Source of the DNA: an uncultured Lachnospiraceae bacterium
Lineage (GTDB): Bacteria; Bacillota; Clostridia; Lachnospirales; Lachnospiraceae
Direction of reading: 5' to 3'
DNA length: 64,000 bases
Assembly: GCA_947631625.1 (NCBI GenBank)
Contig: CANRMA010000005.1
Span: 28,108-92,107, forward strand
This document shows, one piece after another, positions 28,712 to 39,033 of this stretch. The number at the start of each line of letters is the position of its first letter. The first letter of the stretch is position 1. The notes beneath the pieces are model-generated. The model saw only the letters and a list, made by a program, of their open reading frames with translations. It searched no databases and was not told the DNA's origin. Position numbers and translations under genes: made by a program.

Positions 28712-29659
28712 CTACTGCAACTGAATAGTCGGATCAACCAATGCATATAGAATATCCGTAATAAGGTTTCCTACCAGTACAACAACGGCGGAAAGCAGAC
28801 ATACTCCCATAATAACGGGATAGTCTCTGTTGCTTATCGCGCTCATCGTCATAAGCCCAAGCCCCGGCCATGAGAACACCTGTTCGATTATTATGGCGCC
28901 GCCAAAAAGAACCGGTATTTCCATGCCTATTACCGTAACTATCGGCACAAGCGCGTTTCTAAGCGCATGTTTGTAAATAACCTTAAATCTGCCTATACCT
29001 TTCGCACGGGCAGTTCTCAGATAATCCTGCTGCAAAATTTCCAATACCGCGCTCCTTATATATCTTATATTACTGCCGGCCATTGACGCCGCCAATACAA
29101 TAACAGGCATTATCATATGTCTTGCCACATCCCCTGCCGTGGCCTCCACTCCCAGAGTGCTCATTCCGCTTGAAGGCAGGATACCCAGTTTTACCGTAAA
29201 AACATATATAAGTAAAAGTGACAGAAAAAATCCCGGAATGCTGCTTCCCAGAAAAGAAAGTGTGACAACCGTATAATCTCCCTTGGAATATTGGTGTATG
29301 GCGCTGTATATTCCTGCAGGTATCGCAATAAATAGACTTATTATCAGCGACACTCCCATCAACAGTAACGTAGGTCCAAGATGGCTGCCTATAAGAGAGC
29401 TGACCGACTGATAGGATTTAACCGAATATCCCATATTGCCATGCAGAAGCTGCCCCAACCATATAAAATACTGCGCGTAAAAAGGCTTATCCAGTCCCAA
29501 CGCTATCTTCTTGGCCTCTAACGCTCCCATAGATACGCGCGGCCCCTGCAGCATCGCGAGCGGGCTGCCTGCCATACACATTATTCCATAATCAATGATC
29601 GTAATACCGATCAATACCGGGATCGCTATCAGAATCCTTTTTAATATATACTTTCCCAT
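28712..29659 (-). CDS. Peptide/nickel ABC transporter permease (DppB/OppB-like)
   Basis: YLRTARAKG, HALRNAL, RDYPVIMG. Confidence 0.9.
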   Translation of the reverse strand: MGKYILKRILIAIPVLIGITIIDYGIMCMAGSPLAMLQGPRVSMGALEAKKIALGLDKPFYAQYFIWLGQLLHGNMGYSVKSYQSVSSLIGSHLGPTLLLMGVSLIISLFIAIPAGIYSAIHQYSKGDYTVVTLSFLGSSIPGFFLSLLLIYVFTVKLGILPSSGMSTLGVEATAGDVARHMIMPVIVLAASMAGSNIRYIRSAVLEILQQDYLRTARAKGIGRFKVIYKHALRNALVPIVTVIGMEIPVLFGGAIIIEQVFSWPGLGLMTMSAISNRDYPVIMGVCLLSAVVVLVGNLITDILYALVDPTIQLQ

Positions 29660-29675
29660 AAATACTTACCCTCCG

Positions 29676-30668
29676 TTATATTTCCATAATACGGGGACAA
29701 GCCGCATAATGTCCTTTTCCCGTTTCCAATGCATATTCCTTAAGTTCCGGCTCCTCTGCGCTGCAGCAATCAGCCGCATAAGGGCATCTGGTATGAAATC
29801 TGCAGCCTTTGGGCGGCTCCATGCTGCTGCCTATGTCGCCCTGTAAAAGCTCATGCCCTCTGCCGGCCTCCTCGGGATCAGGCACAGGCACTGCTTCAAG
29901 CAAAGCTTTGGTATATGGATGTATGGGATTGTTAAAGACTTCTTTGGCATCGCCTATCTCCACTATTTTTCCAAGATACATGACCGCTATCCTGTCACTT
30001 ACATAATTGACCGCGCCAAGTCCGTGTCCCACAAAAAGTAATGTCAGGTTGAGTTCTTTCTGCAGACTCTTTAAAAGATTCAAAATCTGCGCCTGAATGG
30101 AGACATCCAACGCGCTTACCGGTTCGTCGCAGACTATAAATTCCGGACCAAGCGACAAAGCTTTCGCTATACCTATCCTTTGCCGCTGTCCGCCTGAAAA
30201 CTCATGCGGATACCTGCCTAAAACATTCTGCGGAAGCCCTACCATATCCAGAATTTTAAGTAAATCTTTCTGTATGGTGTCCTTAGAAGATATTTTATGA
30301 TAAAGCATGGGCTGAGCCAATATCTCATAAATATGTTTTCTTGGATTTAATGAAGAATACGGATCCTGAAATATCATCTGTAAATTTGTACGTACGCTCT
30401 TCAGTTCAGACTTATCCATATCCGACAGCTTCCTGTTTTTATAATAGATGGCTCCCTCCGTAGGTTTCTCCAGACCTACAAGCTGTCTTCCCACCGTAGA
30501 TTTTCCGGAACCGGATTCTCCTACCAACCCCAGTATCTCTCCCTGATTTATGGAAAAACTTACTCCGTCCACTGCCTTCACATAACCTAAAGTATGCGTA
30601 ACAATGCCGCCCTTCACAGGATAATATTTTTTCATATCTTCAACTCGAATAAGAGGAACATTTTCCAT
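29676..30668 (-). CDS. Peptide ABC transporter ATPase (OppF/DppF-like)
   Basis: GESGSGKST, FSGGQRQR, DEPVSALD, C-terminal GCRFHTRC. Confidence 0.92.
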   Translation of the reverse strand: MENVPLIRVEDMKKYYPVKGGIVTHTLGYVKAVDGVSFSINQGEILGLVGESGSGKSTVGRQLVGLEKPTEGAIYYKNRKLSDMDKSELKSVRTNLQMIFQDPYSSLNPRKHIYEILAQPMLYHKISSKDTIQKDLLKILDMVGLPQNVLGRYPHEFSGGQRQRIGIAKALSLGPEFIVCDEPVSALDVSIQAQILNLLKSLQKELNLTLLFVGHGLGAVNYVSDRIAVMYLGKIVEIGDAKEVFNNPIHPYTKALLEAVPVPDPEEAGRGHELLQGDIGSSMEPPKGCRFHTRCPYAADCCSAEEPELKEYALETGKGHYAACPRIMEI

Positions 30669-30698
30669 TTATATATCAATTCCTTTCGATCTGCTTTA

Positions 30699-31670
30699 TC
30701 ACCCGGCCTGCTTTTGACGTATACACTTTGCCGTATGATCAGGCGCAAACTTAAAATCAGCCTGAGGCTTATCACATTCCTCAGTATAATATTTACAGCG
30801 TCCCGCAAAACGGCAGCCCGATATCTCATCATAATTCTCCGGCACAATACCGGGAATGGAAACAAGCTGTCTGTCCGCATCATCCCGTATGGAAGGTATA
30901 GACGCAAGCAATGCCTGTGTATACGGGTGTTTAGGATTCTTTAAAAGTTCTTTAACAGGAGCTTCCTCAATCAGCTGCCCGGCATACATAACAAGAACCC
31001 TGTCGGCCATCTGCGCAACAAGACCTATATCATGGGTAATTAAAATGACAGCCATGTCATTTTCCTGCTGCAGTTCTTTTAAAAGCTGCATGATCTGCGC
31101 CTGTATCGTTACGTCCAGGGCAGTTGTCGGTTCATCCGCAATCAGAAGCTTAGGATTGCATGAAAGAGCCATCGCTATCATAACCCTCTGCCTCATTCCT
31201 CCCGAAAGAGTATGCGGATACTTCTTCATGGTAGCTTTTGCGTCGGGCATGCCTACTTTTTTAAGCAGCATTTCAGCCCGCTGCGCGGCCTCTTTCTTAG
31301 ACAGCTTCATATGAGTCCTGATACTCTCGGTTATCTGACTTCCTACCGTAAATACCGGATTGAGTGATGTTAAAGGATCCTGAAAGATCATAGTTATCTG
31401 GTTTCCTCTTATCTCATCCAATTCCTTTTCGGACAGATCAAGAAGATCTTTACCGTCAAACTCAACTCTGCCTTCCGTCACTTCTCCATTTCTGGCAAGC
31501 AAACCCATAATGGACAACGAAGTTACACTCTTTCCGCAGCCGGATTCTCCAACTATACAGACAAATTCACCTTTATCTACATGAAAATCAATATGATCCA
31601 CTCTTACATTGGTGCCAAAATCACCTTTAAACGATGTTGTAAGATTTTCCACCTCTAATAAATGCGACAT
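30699..31670 (-). CDS. Peptide ABC transporter ATPase (OppD/DppD-like)
   Basis: GESGCGKS, LSGGMRQR, DEPTTALD. Confidence 0.92.
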   Translation of the reverse strand: MSHLLEVENLTTSFKGDFGTNVRVDHIDFHVDKGEFVCIVGESGCGKSVTSLSIMGLLARNGEVTEGRVEFDGKDLLDLSEKELDEIRGNQITMIFQDPLTSLNPVFTVGSQITESIRTHMKLSKKEAAQRAEMLLKKVGMPDAKATMKKYPHTLSGGMRQRVMIAMALSCNPKLLIADEPTTALDVTIQAQIMQLLKELQQENDMAVILITHDIGLVAQMADRVLVMYAGQLIEEAPVKELLKNPKHPYTQALLASIPSIRDDADRQLVSIPGIVPENYDEISGCRFAGRCKYYTEECDKPQADFKFAPDHTAKCIRQKQAG

Positions 31671-31724
31671 AGCCTCTCTCCGTTTAACAATTACTTATTT
31701 AACATTTTTAACATTCCATTATAC

Positions 31725-31761
31725 AAATACCACAGACGGATTTATACCATCTGTGGTATTT
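31725..31761 (-). terminator. Stem-loop after the substrate-binding gene (partial terminator or mRNA stabiliser)
   Basis: AAATACCACAGATGG-loop-CCGTCTGTGGTATTT on the minus strand. Confidence 0.6.
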
Positions 31762-31814
31762 CACTTAACGATTATATTATCACATTATTGTTCAATACTG
31801 CAAGCACTATTAAA

Positions 31815-33530
31815 TTATTCTGCGATCTCCCACTCCTGTACATTGGCAAATGTACCATATACATCGGCATTTACATTCTTAATACGCTTGCTTACCGCGC
31901 CCTGAGCGCTGATGATGTAGGCAGAGAACATAGGCACATCTTCCTGTACCTTCTTATCAACTATCGTATATAAGTCTTTGATCTCTTCAACGCTTCCTGC
32001 AGACTGTGTAGCTTCCAATGCCTCATTTATTTCATCATTGGAATATCCGGTCCAACTTTCATCGCCGCCAAGCAGCCATGTTACGTCAGGATAGGGATCT
32101 ACCGGAGCATAAGTATACTGTACGGCAAAAAGATCATAATCCGTAGAACCCGCTATCGTCATAAGCGTAGCAAGGTCAACCGTCTGCACTTCCACATTGA
32201 TACCTACTTCCGCCCACTGCGCAACCATTACCTGCGCAGCGTTTACGAAAGCTCCGTCGCCGGAATTAACGTAAAACCGTAAAGTCTGCGAACCGTCCCA
32301 ACCGGCTTCGGCAAGCAGTTCCTTTGCTTTTTCGGGATCATATTCCATAGGCGTGACATTGCTGTCATAGAACGGTCCCGCAGAAGAAAGGAAGCCGTCT
32401 ACAACCTCGCCATGACCCTTCATAAGCTCATTAAGAATCTTATTTCTGTCAATTGCATATACGAGCGCCTGACGCACTCTGTTGTCAGGAATATTTTTTG
32501 TCTGAATAAATACAGACTGATTTGTAACAGGTGAACCATATACTACATCTACGTTCTCAAGGGCCTCAATATTTTCATAATCTTCCTGAGGGATCGCCGT
32601 CATGGTATGATGTGTTATATCAATTTCCCCTGACTGCAGTCCTGCATAAATCTGGCTTGAATCCACTATGCGAAAGTTAAGATTATCGATCTTGGGCGCG
32701 CCTTTCCAGTAATTCACATTGGCCGTATAAGAAATATAGTGATCAACATCATAATCCGTCAGCATATATGGCCCGCTTACCACATCAGGATGATTGAACC
32801 AGTCCAACGTGGTAAGTTCTTCTTCAGTGTATCCTCCCAAAATATGCTTAGGCATTGTATGAATATAGTAAGCATATGAATTTTCAAAAGTTGTCATCGC
32901 AATAGGATATTTTGTAGTAAGCTGAATGGTCTTATCATCGATAACCTTTACTCCGTCAATACTTTCAGCTCCCTCTTCCACAAATCCGGTCTCATCATCA
33001 ACGCCTTCGAATACATGAAGCAGGAAAGTAGTATTGCCCACCACCGGACTTGCCATACGCAGCAGAGTAAACTCAACGTCCTCTGCGGTAACAGGCGTTC
33101 CGTCTGACCATGTAGCCGCATCATCGATATGAATGACAAAATTGATATTATCTTCTGTTGTGATCGAATCTGCAAGCATGGGTTGGAAATTCAGTTCCCC
33201 GTCCAGATCCAGAAGCGGAAGGAACTCCAAATCCACTGCATATTTATTGATCCATGTCTGATCTACCATAAGAGGATTAACTCCTCCAAGAGAATCAGTA
33301 ATACCGATGTTCACACTGCTTACTCCGTCTGAAGCTGCAGCGCTGTCATTTATGTCCGTTGAAGCATCTGCGCCAACCGTATCATTGCCTTCTACCGCTG
33401 AGCCATCCGCTCCGGCCGCATTACCGCCTTCATTCACTGAACCATCCCCTGATGATCCACAGCCCGCCATCGCCAGTACCATTGCTGATACGAGAATCAG
33501 GCTGATAACTTTACTTAAAATCTTTTTCAT
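31815..33530 (-). CDS. Peptide ABC transporter substrate-binding lipoprotein (family 5)
   Basis: Start MKKILSK (33530) after GAGGAGG; lipobox LAMAGC; WSDGTPVTAEDV, VRQALVYAIDR. Confidence 0.9.
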   Translation of the reverse strand: MKKILSKVISLILVSAMVLAMAGCGSSGDGSVNEGGNAAGADGSAVEGNDTVGADASTDINDSAAASDGVSSVNIGITDSLGGVNPLMVDQTWINKYAVDLEFLPLLDLDGELNFQPMLADSITTEDNINFVIHIDDAATWSDGTPVTAEDVEFTLLRMASPVVGNTTFLLHVFEGVDDETGFVEEGAESIDGVKVIDDKTIQLTTKYPIAMTTFENSYAYYIHTMPKHILGGYTEEELTTLDWFNHPDVVSGPYMLTDYDVDHYISYTANVNYWKGAPKIDNLNFRIVDSSQIYAGLQSGEIDITHHTMTAIPQEDYENIEALENVDVVYGSPVTNQSVFIQTKNIPDNRVRQALVYAIDRNKILNELMKGHGEVVDGFLSSAGPFYDSNVTPMEYDPEKAKELLAEAGWDGSQTLRFYVNSGDGAFVNAAQVMVAQWAEVGINVEVQTVDLATLMTIAGSTDYDLFAVQYTYAPVDPYPDVTWLLGGDESWTGYSNDEINEALEATQSAGSVEEIKDLYTIVDKKVQEDVPMFSAYIISAQGAVSKRIKNVNADVYGTFANVQEWEIAE

Positions 33531-33576
33531 ATCATTCCTCCTCTTATTTCCTACTATTCTTATAGGAACTGGGATA

Positions 33577-33605
33577 ATTATATTTCCATAAACTCCCAAT
33601 GTCAA
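33577..33605 (-). promoter_or_regulatory. Consensus sigma-A promoter of the peptide ABC operon
   Basis: TTGACA-N17-TATAAT. Confidence 0.75.
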
Positions 33606-33739
33606 TATTTTTTAATCAAAAATATATTGAAAAGCTGCTTTTTGTTGAATATTACTTAAATTTACCCAATTCAGACACATATTATCGTACATAAACATAA
33701 CTTTCCGCGGATATCCGTATTAATATAAGTATCATATCC

Positions 33740-33768
33740 TTGACAAATCCTGCAATACATTGTATATT
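33740..33768 (+). promoter_or_regulatory. Sigma-A promoter of the C39-like peptidase gene
   Basis: TTGACA-N17-TATATT. Confidence 0.65.
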
Positions 33769-33878
33769 ACAATCACTTTGATTTGAATAGGAGTTACGCA
33801 TATATCCTGACCGCATTGGGGGATTCAGATATCCCTGCGCGTGTCATCACGATAAACTACTCTGACATGGAGGTAAAA

Positions 33879-34520
33879 ATGAAAAATATACTTAATTATC
33901 AGTCAAGCGAATATGACTGCGGGCCTGTTACCATGACCAATGCCGTGCGTTACCTTTTTGAACGCGAAGACATATATCCTGACATCATTAAATATATAAT
34001 GCTGTACTGCCTCGATTCATATAATGAAGACGGAGAGGTCGGCAAGCGCGGCACATCTGCATCCGCAATGATGTTTCTTGCAAACTGGCTAAATCAGTTC
34101 GGCAAGATGAAAAATTTCCCTATCTCATGCGAATTCATATCAGGAGAAGACGTATACATAAACCAGACAAGCAAGATTCTTTGTGCGCTTCAGCAGGGCG
34201 GCGCAGTCATACTTCGTCTTTATCTGGAGGTGGCTCACTATGTATTGCTCACAGGCACGGACGGAGAAAATATATATATCTTCGATCCGTATTATGAGGA
34301 GGAAGATGATCCCGAATTCAGCGAAGAATACTACGAAAAAGGCATCCGCTTTATAAATGACCAACCCAAACGCGCCAACAGACTGGTATCTATCGAAAAA
34401 TTAAACCGAACCACGGAAGGTTTCTACGAAATGGGACCTTATGATATCCGAGAGGCGGTTATAATGTTCAATAACACTACCCGCCTCCTTCCGGAAGATA
34501 CCATCGATTATTTTATTTAA
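33879..34520 (+). CDS. Stand-alone C39-like (papain-fold) cysteine peptidase
   Basis: QSSEYDCGP, HYVLLTG, IFDPY; start ATG 33879 after GGAGG. Confidence 0.75.
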   Translation: MKNILNYQSSEYDCGPVTMTNAVRYLFEREDIYPDIIKYIMLYCLDSYNEDGEVGKRGTSASAMMFLANWLNQFGKMKNFPISCEFISGEDVYINQTSKILCALQQGGAVILRLYLEVAHYVLLTGTDGENIYIFDPYYEEEDDPEFSEEYYEKGIRFINDQPKRANRLVSIEKLNRTTEGFYEMGPYDIREAVIMFNNTTRLLPEDTIDYFI

Positions 34521-34522
34521 TC

Positions 34523-35068
34523 TTACTGCTCCATCTGTCTGCCAAGGAAACCTGCGGCAGACTGGATGAGCTTCTGCTCCACTTCACCCATTTTCGACTT
34601 ATTATCCATCTCAAGCAGAATTACCGAGCCAATAACGTCTCCCTCACAGATAATAGGGCTTATGGCTTCGTACTGATATTCATCATCGTACTCATGACAG
34701 ACTGATATAAAATTTCTGTCTCCCTTTGCTGCCACTACGCTTTCCCTGTTATTTATTTTTTCCTCAAGATCCTTGCTGATGGACTTACCGAGAACATTTT
34801 TCATACCGCCCGACACTGCGATAAACTGATCTCTGTCCGATATCATTGCAATATGACCTGATACCTGCGCCATACTTTCTGCATACTGTTTGGCAAATGT
34901 TCCCATCTCACCGATCGGCGAATATTTTTTTAATATGATCTCTCCTTCTCTGTCAGTATAAATTTCAAGCGGATCCGCTTCCCTTATGCGAAGTGTGCGT
35001 CGAATTTCCTTAGGTATTACAATACGTCCAAGGTCATCTATTCTTCTAACAATTCCTGTCGCTTTCAT
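34523..35068 (-). CDS. spoVT: Stage V sporulation regulator T (AbrB domain plus GAF)
   Basis: MKATGIVRRIDDLGRIVIPKEIRRTLRIRE...AAGFLGRQME. Confidence 0.95.
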   Translation of the reverse strand: MKATGIVRRIDDLGRIVIPKEIRRTLRIREADPLEIYTDREGEIILKKYSPIGEMGTFAKQYAESMAQVSGHIAMISDRDQFIAVSGGMKNVLGKSISKDLEEKINNRESVVAAKGDRNFISVCHEYDDEYQYEAISPIICEGDVIGSVILLEMDNKSKMGEVEQKLIQSAAGFLGRQMEQ

Positions 35069-35119
35069 AAACTCAAAACCTCCATCTATCCTAATAGTAT
35101 TTTATATAAGTCGTGCTAC

Positions 35120-35148
35120 TAGTATCTGTAAATGGTGGGAGTTTATAC
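35120..35148 (-). promoter_or_regulatory. Putative sigma-G/F promoter of spoVT
   Basis: GTATA-N17-GATACTA. Confidence 0.55.
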
Positions 35149-35158
35149 CTTGAAAATT

Positions 35159-36340
35159 TTATTTTTTCACACCTTTTGCGCCGGAAAGATTTGCATTCTG
35201 CAAAATATTGCTTTCAAACGAACTCATAAGATTTTCCTCTTCTCTCTCTCTCTTAAGCGCCAGTTTTACCATATCATCCAACAGCTCCGGATAAGGTTTT
35301 CCCAATGCTTCCCACAGATAAAATGCAAGCGATCCCGGAATGGGATTTATCTCATTGACATAAATCCTGTCGGTATCTTTATCTATCATAAAATCAATTC
35401 TTGAAACGCCATTACAGTTAAGCGCCTGAAAAGTTTTAACCGCCAGTCTGCGTATCTCATCACGCGTCTCTAAGTCAAGCTTTGCAGGCAGTTCTCTTCT
35501 TGCGCTCCGCATTCCCTCTGAACCGCCTTTACTTCCTCCAACGTATTTATCCTCATAACTCAATATCTCATCATTTGCTATAGGCTCTTCACATTCCGAG
35601 GCCCCGGCGCTCTCATAATCTCCCAAAACGGCGCAATTAATCTCCCGAAGATTTGTTATCGCTTTTTCGATAAGAAGTTTCTGACTGAATTGAAAGGCAT
35701 ATTCCAATGCCTCTTCCAGACCTTCCCTGTCTTTTGCGACTTTAATTCCAACGCTCGATCCTAAGTTCACCGGTTTTACGATAACAGGATAGTCAATCTT
35801 ACTTTCTATCTTAACATATGCCGCCGCCTCATCCGCCTGATATTCTTTAGCATGAAGCGTAACACAGTCAAGCACCGGAATATCATTGTCCTTTAATACG
35901 GCTTTCATTACATATTTATCCATTGTAACTGCAGATGAAGCCACATCACAGCCCACCACCGGAATATTATAATGAGCGAGAAAACCCTGTAAAGAACCAT
36001 CTTCTACATTTGCGCCATGTACTACCGGAAAGGCCACATCTATATGGTCAACCAAAGAATTCCCCAGTTTTTTTTCAGGATAACGCACCATATTAACTTT
36101 CCCCTGATCACAAATAAGGAAAATTCTTATACTGTTTTTCAATAATTCGGGAATGTTTTTATAATTTTTAATATCCCCTATAAGCTCACCTGTATACATC
36201 TCATTATTTTTGGTAATGTATATCGGTATCGCGTCATATTTCTCCTTATCAAATGCATTTAACGCCTGAATTCCGGAAATAACCGAAACTTCATGTTCAA
36301 CACTCTTTCCGCCAAAAAACACTCCAACTTTAATCTTCAT
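35159..36340 (-). CDS. ddl: D-alanine--D-alanine ligase family protein
   Basis: GGKSVEHEVS, HGANVEDG, KPVNLGSSVG, SYEDKY, SRIDF, NEINPIPGS. Confidence 0.85.
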   Translation of the reverse strand: MKIKVGVFFGGKSVEHEVSVISGIQALNAFDKEKYDAIPIYITKNNEMYTGELIGDIKNYKNIPELLKNSIRIFLICDQGKVNMVRYPEKKLGNSLVDHIDVAFPVVHGANVEDGSLQGFLAHYNIPVVGCDVASSAVTMDKYVMKAVLKDNDIPVLDCVTLHAKEYQADEAAAYVKIESKIDYPVIVKPVNLGSSVGIKVAKDREGLEEALEYAFQFSQKLLIEKAITNLREINCAVLGDYESAGASECEEPIANDEILSYEDKYVGGSKGGSEGMRSARRELPAKLDLETRDEIRRLAVKTFQALNCNGVSRIDFMIDKDTDRIYVNEINPIPGSLAFYLWEALGKPYPELLDDMVKLALKREREEENLMSSFESNILQNANLSGAKGVKK

Positions 36341-36469
36341 AATAACGGCCTCTGCTTTCCTTTACATTTTACACAAATATCAGAACATTACACCCAAGAT
36401 ACATAAGCTTCTCAATTTCTTCGTGAAACAGCCTGCGCTGTAAGCGACCATAAATTCTCTTCATTCTAA

Positions 36470-38047
36470 TTAATTATAATTATCCGGCAGATCATTTTCA
36501 ATCAAAATCACTTTATGCTTATCACTGTGTATCGCATTTATCATATTAAAGCCTTCCTGCACGGTATCTACGATTATCATCCTGCTTGCTTCAAAACCTG
36601 CCTGCGCAAGACCGTCCTGAATAGGTTTAGTCTGTTCTCTTCCCACCAAAATAGCATAGTCGCACTTTGAAGCGGCGTAAATTCCTGCTTCTTTATTTTC
36701 ATCATACTGTTTATCCCCAAGCTCTACCATTCCCGGAGTCATCAATATTCTCAGATCATCAAACATGGCAAGAGTATCAAGCGCGGCCATAAATCCCGCC
36801 TTGTTGGAATTGTATGCATCATCAAGTATAGTCTGCTCTCCCCGCCTTATAAGCTGCAGTCTGTGCGGAACGCTCTCAAGCTGTTTTACCGGATATATAA
36901 GTTTATCCATGGAAATACCAAGCGTATTGGCAACAGCTATGGCTCCGGCAATATTTTGCACATTATGAATGCCTACAAGTCTCGTATGAAATTCATATTC
37001 TTTTTTGTCCTTATCCTTAATCTTAAAGAATGAACCGTCCTTAGTAACGGTTATATCATATGCCCTGTAATCTGTTCCGTCAGTTACGGCGCTGTAACTG
37101 ACGATGTTTCCGTCCGTTTTTCTGCCTCTGATATATTCATTGTCATAATTCAAGAACACATATCCGTCGGCTCCGATCGCATCCGCCAACTCAAACTTGG
37201 TGCTTATGATATTCTCAAGGCTGTGAAAACTCTGCAAATGCTGCGGTCCTATGGATGTTATGATACCGTGCTTAGGATGGACAAAATCACATATTTCCTT
37301 AATGTCGCCCACCTCTCTGGCTCCCATTTCACAAATAAAGATTTCGTGATATGGCTTCAGCTGTTCTCTTATGGTTCTTACAACCCCCAAGGTGGTATTA
37401 TAGTTACCGGGAGTATGAAGAACACTGTAGCGTACAGACAGCAGGCGGCTTAAAAAATACTTGACGCTTGTTTTACCATAGCTTCCGGTAACGCCTATTA
37501 TAATAAGCTGAGGCATCTGTCCCAAAATTTTTACGGCGTCATTTATATAATGCCTGTTAATTCCCTGCTCAACCGGATGATTAATAAGATTTGCAAGAAG
37601 AACTTCAAACGGTATCATTATAAACAATATCAATAAAACCAACGTTGGCGCTTTTATAATATTATCCGCATTTTCCCCCGCCAATAACGAAAGGATAGTG
37701 ACCACGGAAAATAATATTATCGTAGTAACAAGCATCCTTTTTACTCTCGGCGTATATACAAGCGGCTTTTTAGCCTTATGAGGTGCATTGACTATTATGG
37801 TCAATACATTCATGAAAACAGCCGTGACCATACATCCCATGTTACCTATAGCAATAAGCGGCAGCGAAAAAAAAGCATAAAGAGTTTTCCCAAGCATTCT
37901 TCCCACATTGGATGTTACGCGCATCCATTCGCTGTATTCACGCGGTTTATATGAATTCTGCTGAAACATGTGCATTATATAAAGCTCATACCATACAGCT
38001 CCGACCAGATAAGTAACTATCCAGATACACCATAAAACAATATCCAT
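36470..38047 (-). CDS. murF: MurF-type Mur ligase with N-terminal transmembrane domain
   Basis: About 155-aa hydrophobic N-terminus, then GVTGSYGKTS, NYNTTLG, EMGA, DDAYNSN, PGMVELG. Confidence 0.8.
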   Translation of the reverse strand: MDIVLWCIWIVTYLVGAVWYELYIMHMFQQNSYKPREYSEWMRVTSNVGRMLGKTLYAFFSLPLIAIGNMGCMVTAVFMNVLTIIVNAPHKAKKPLVYTPRVKRMLVTTIILFSVVTILSLLAGENADNIIKAPTLVLLILFIMIPFEVLLANLINHPVEQGINRHYINDAVKILGQMPQLIIIGVTGSYGKTSVKYFLSRLLSVRYSVLHTPGNYNTTLGVVRTIREQLKPYHEIFICEMGAREVGDIKEICDFVHPKHGIITSIGPQHLQSFHSLENIISTKFELADAIGADGYVFLNYDNEYIRGRKTDGNIVSYSAVTDGTDYRAYDITVTKDGSFFKIKDKDKKEYEFHTRLVGIHNVQNIAGAIAVANTLGISMDKLIYPVKQLESVPHRLQLIRRGEQTILDDAYNSNKAGFMAALDTLAMFDDLRILMTPGMVELGDKQYDENKEAGIYAASKCDYAILVGREQTKPIQDGLAQAGFEASRMIIVDTVQEGFNMINAIHSDKHKVILIENDLPDNYN

Positions 38048-38091
38048 AAACAGTCCCGGTTTCCTTTCACAAATTATACTTATAATTATAC

Positions 38092-38874
38092 TTATCCGAA
38101 AAATGCTTTAAGCGCTCCATGAACTTTAACCGGCTGCTCCAAAAAAGAATAATGACCGGCTCCCTCGCACACAACAAGACCTGCGTCAGATATAAGCTTC
38201 TCCATCTGCCTTGCGTCCTCAATAGGCGTCGCGGTATCCATATCGCCCCATATTATAAGCGTAGGGCATTTTATTTCCGGTATAAGATGCTTAAGATCCT
38301 CATTTACCACTTTTACAAGCGTGCTTCTCATTATGGGAGTTGCATTGTTATAATCTGCAGAACCGCGCTTTTTCCTCATATTCTCCACCGCATCGGGATA
38401 AAGGAAATGCATCACCTTCGCACTCATTACACGCCTTGCCGCTTTATACAGCTTAAGACTGACCTTCTGTCTGAACGTCTTTTCAGGCATGATTCCTGCG
38501 CTGTCAATGAGAACGACCTTCTTTATCACATAGGGCAGCCCTTTTCTGGCATTAAGTTTAAACAATACCCTCCCGCCAAATGAATGTACGATCACACTGA
38601 ATTCTTTAATGTCAAGCGCATCGACAAATTTTATAATAAAATCCACATAATCGTCCACAGCCCAGGGTATCGTCGGCTCCGGCGTTTTCCCAAAACCCGG
38701 CATGTCGGGCGCAATGACTCTGTGACTAGCGGAAAGAGTCTTGATAATACCGTCAAATAACGTAATATTAGAGCCCCAGCCATGCAATAACAGTATGGCC
38801 TCGCCCGCTCCCTCATCTATATAGTTTACCGGAAAATCATCGATCCTGATAATCACAAATAACTCCTGTTCCAA
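38092..38874 (-). CDS. Alpha/beta-fold hydrolase
   Basis: LHGWG oxyanion loop, VHSFGG nucleophile elbow, WGDMD, GAGHYSF. Confidence 0.88.
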   Translation of the reverse strand: MEQELFVIIRIDDFPVNYIDEGAGEAILLLHGWGSNITLFDGIIKTLSASHRVIAPDMPGFGKTPEPTIPWAVDDYVDFIIKFVDALDIKEFSVIVHSFGGRVLFKLNARKGLPYVIKKVVLIDSAGIMPEKTFRQKVSLKLYKAARRVMSAKVMHFLYPDAVENMRKKRGSADYNNATPIMRSTLVKVVNEDLKHLIPEIKCPTLIIWGDMDTATPIEDARQMEKLISDAGLVVCEGAGHYSFLEQPVKVHGALKAFFG

Positions 38875-38931
38875 ATAACAAATATTTCAAATTGTTATTT
38901 AATCCTAAAATATATTATATGCCGTACCTCA

Positions 38932-39033
38932 TTATATGTCCATATACTCTTCATAGTCGGCTTCACTTGCAAATAACATATAAACTCCGTCCACATAACC
39001 CATATAACCGCTTTCAACCGTATAACCCTTCAT
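38932..39033 (-). CDS. Small protein, 33 aa (MKGYTVESGYMGYVDGVYMLFASEADYEEYMDI)
   Basis: Hand-translated; AAAGGAG SD upstream, TAA at 38932-38934; below the ORF-track length cutoff. Confidence 0.7.
   Translation of the reverse strand: MKGYTVESGYMGYVDGVYMLFASEADYEEYMDI

Noticed and set aside
33531-33605. Extended start of the ABC binding protein (similarly 33783-33878 and 43645-43713)
   Set aside because: These extensions overlap promoters or leaders; downstream ATGs have proper SD sequences.
35159-38874. van-type glycopeptide resistance cluster
   Set aside because: No vanRS, vanH, vanX/Y or vanT recognised, and the ligase omega loop ends in KY.
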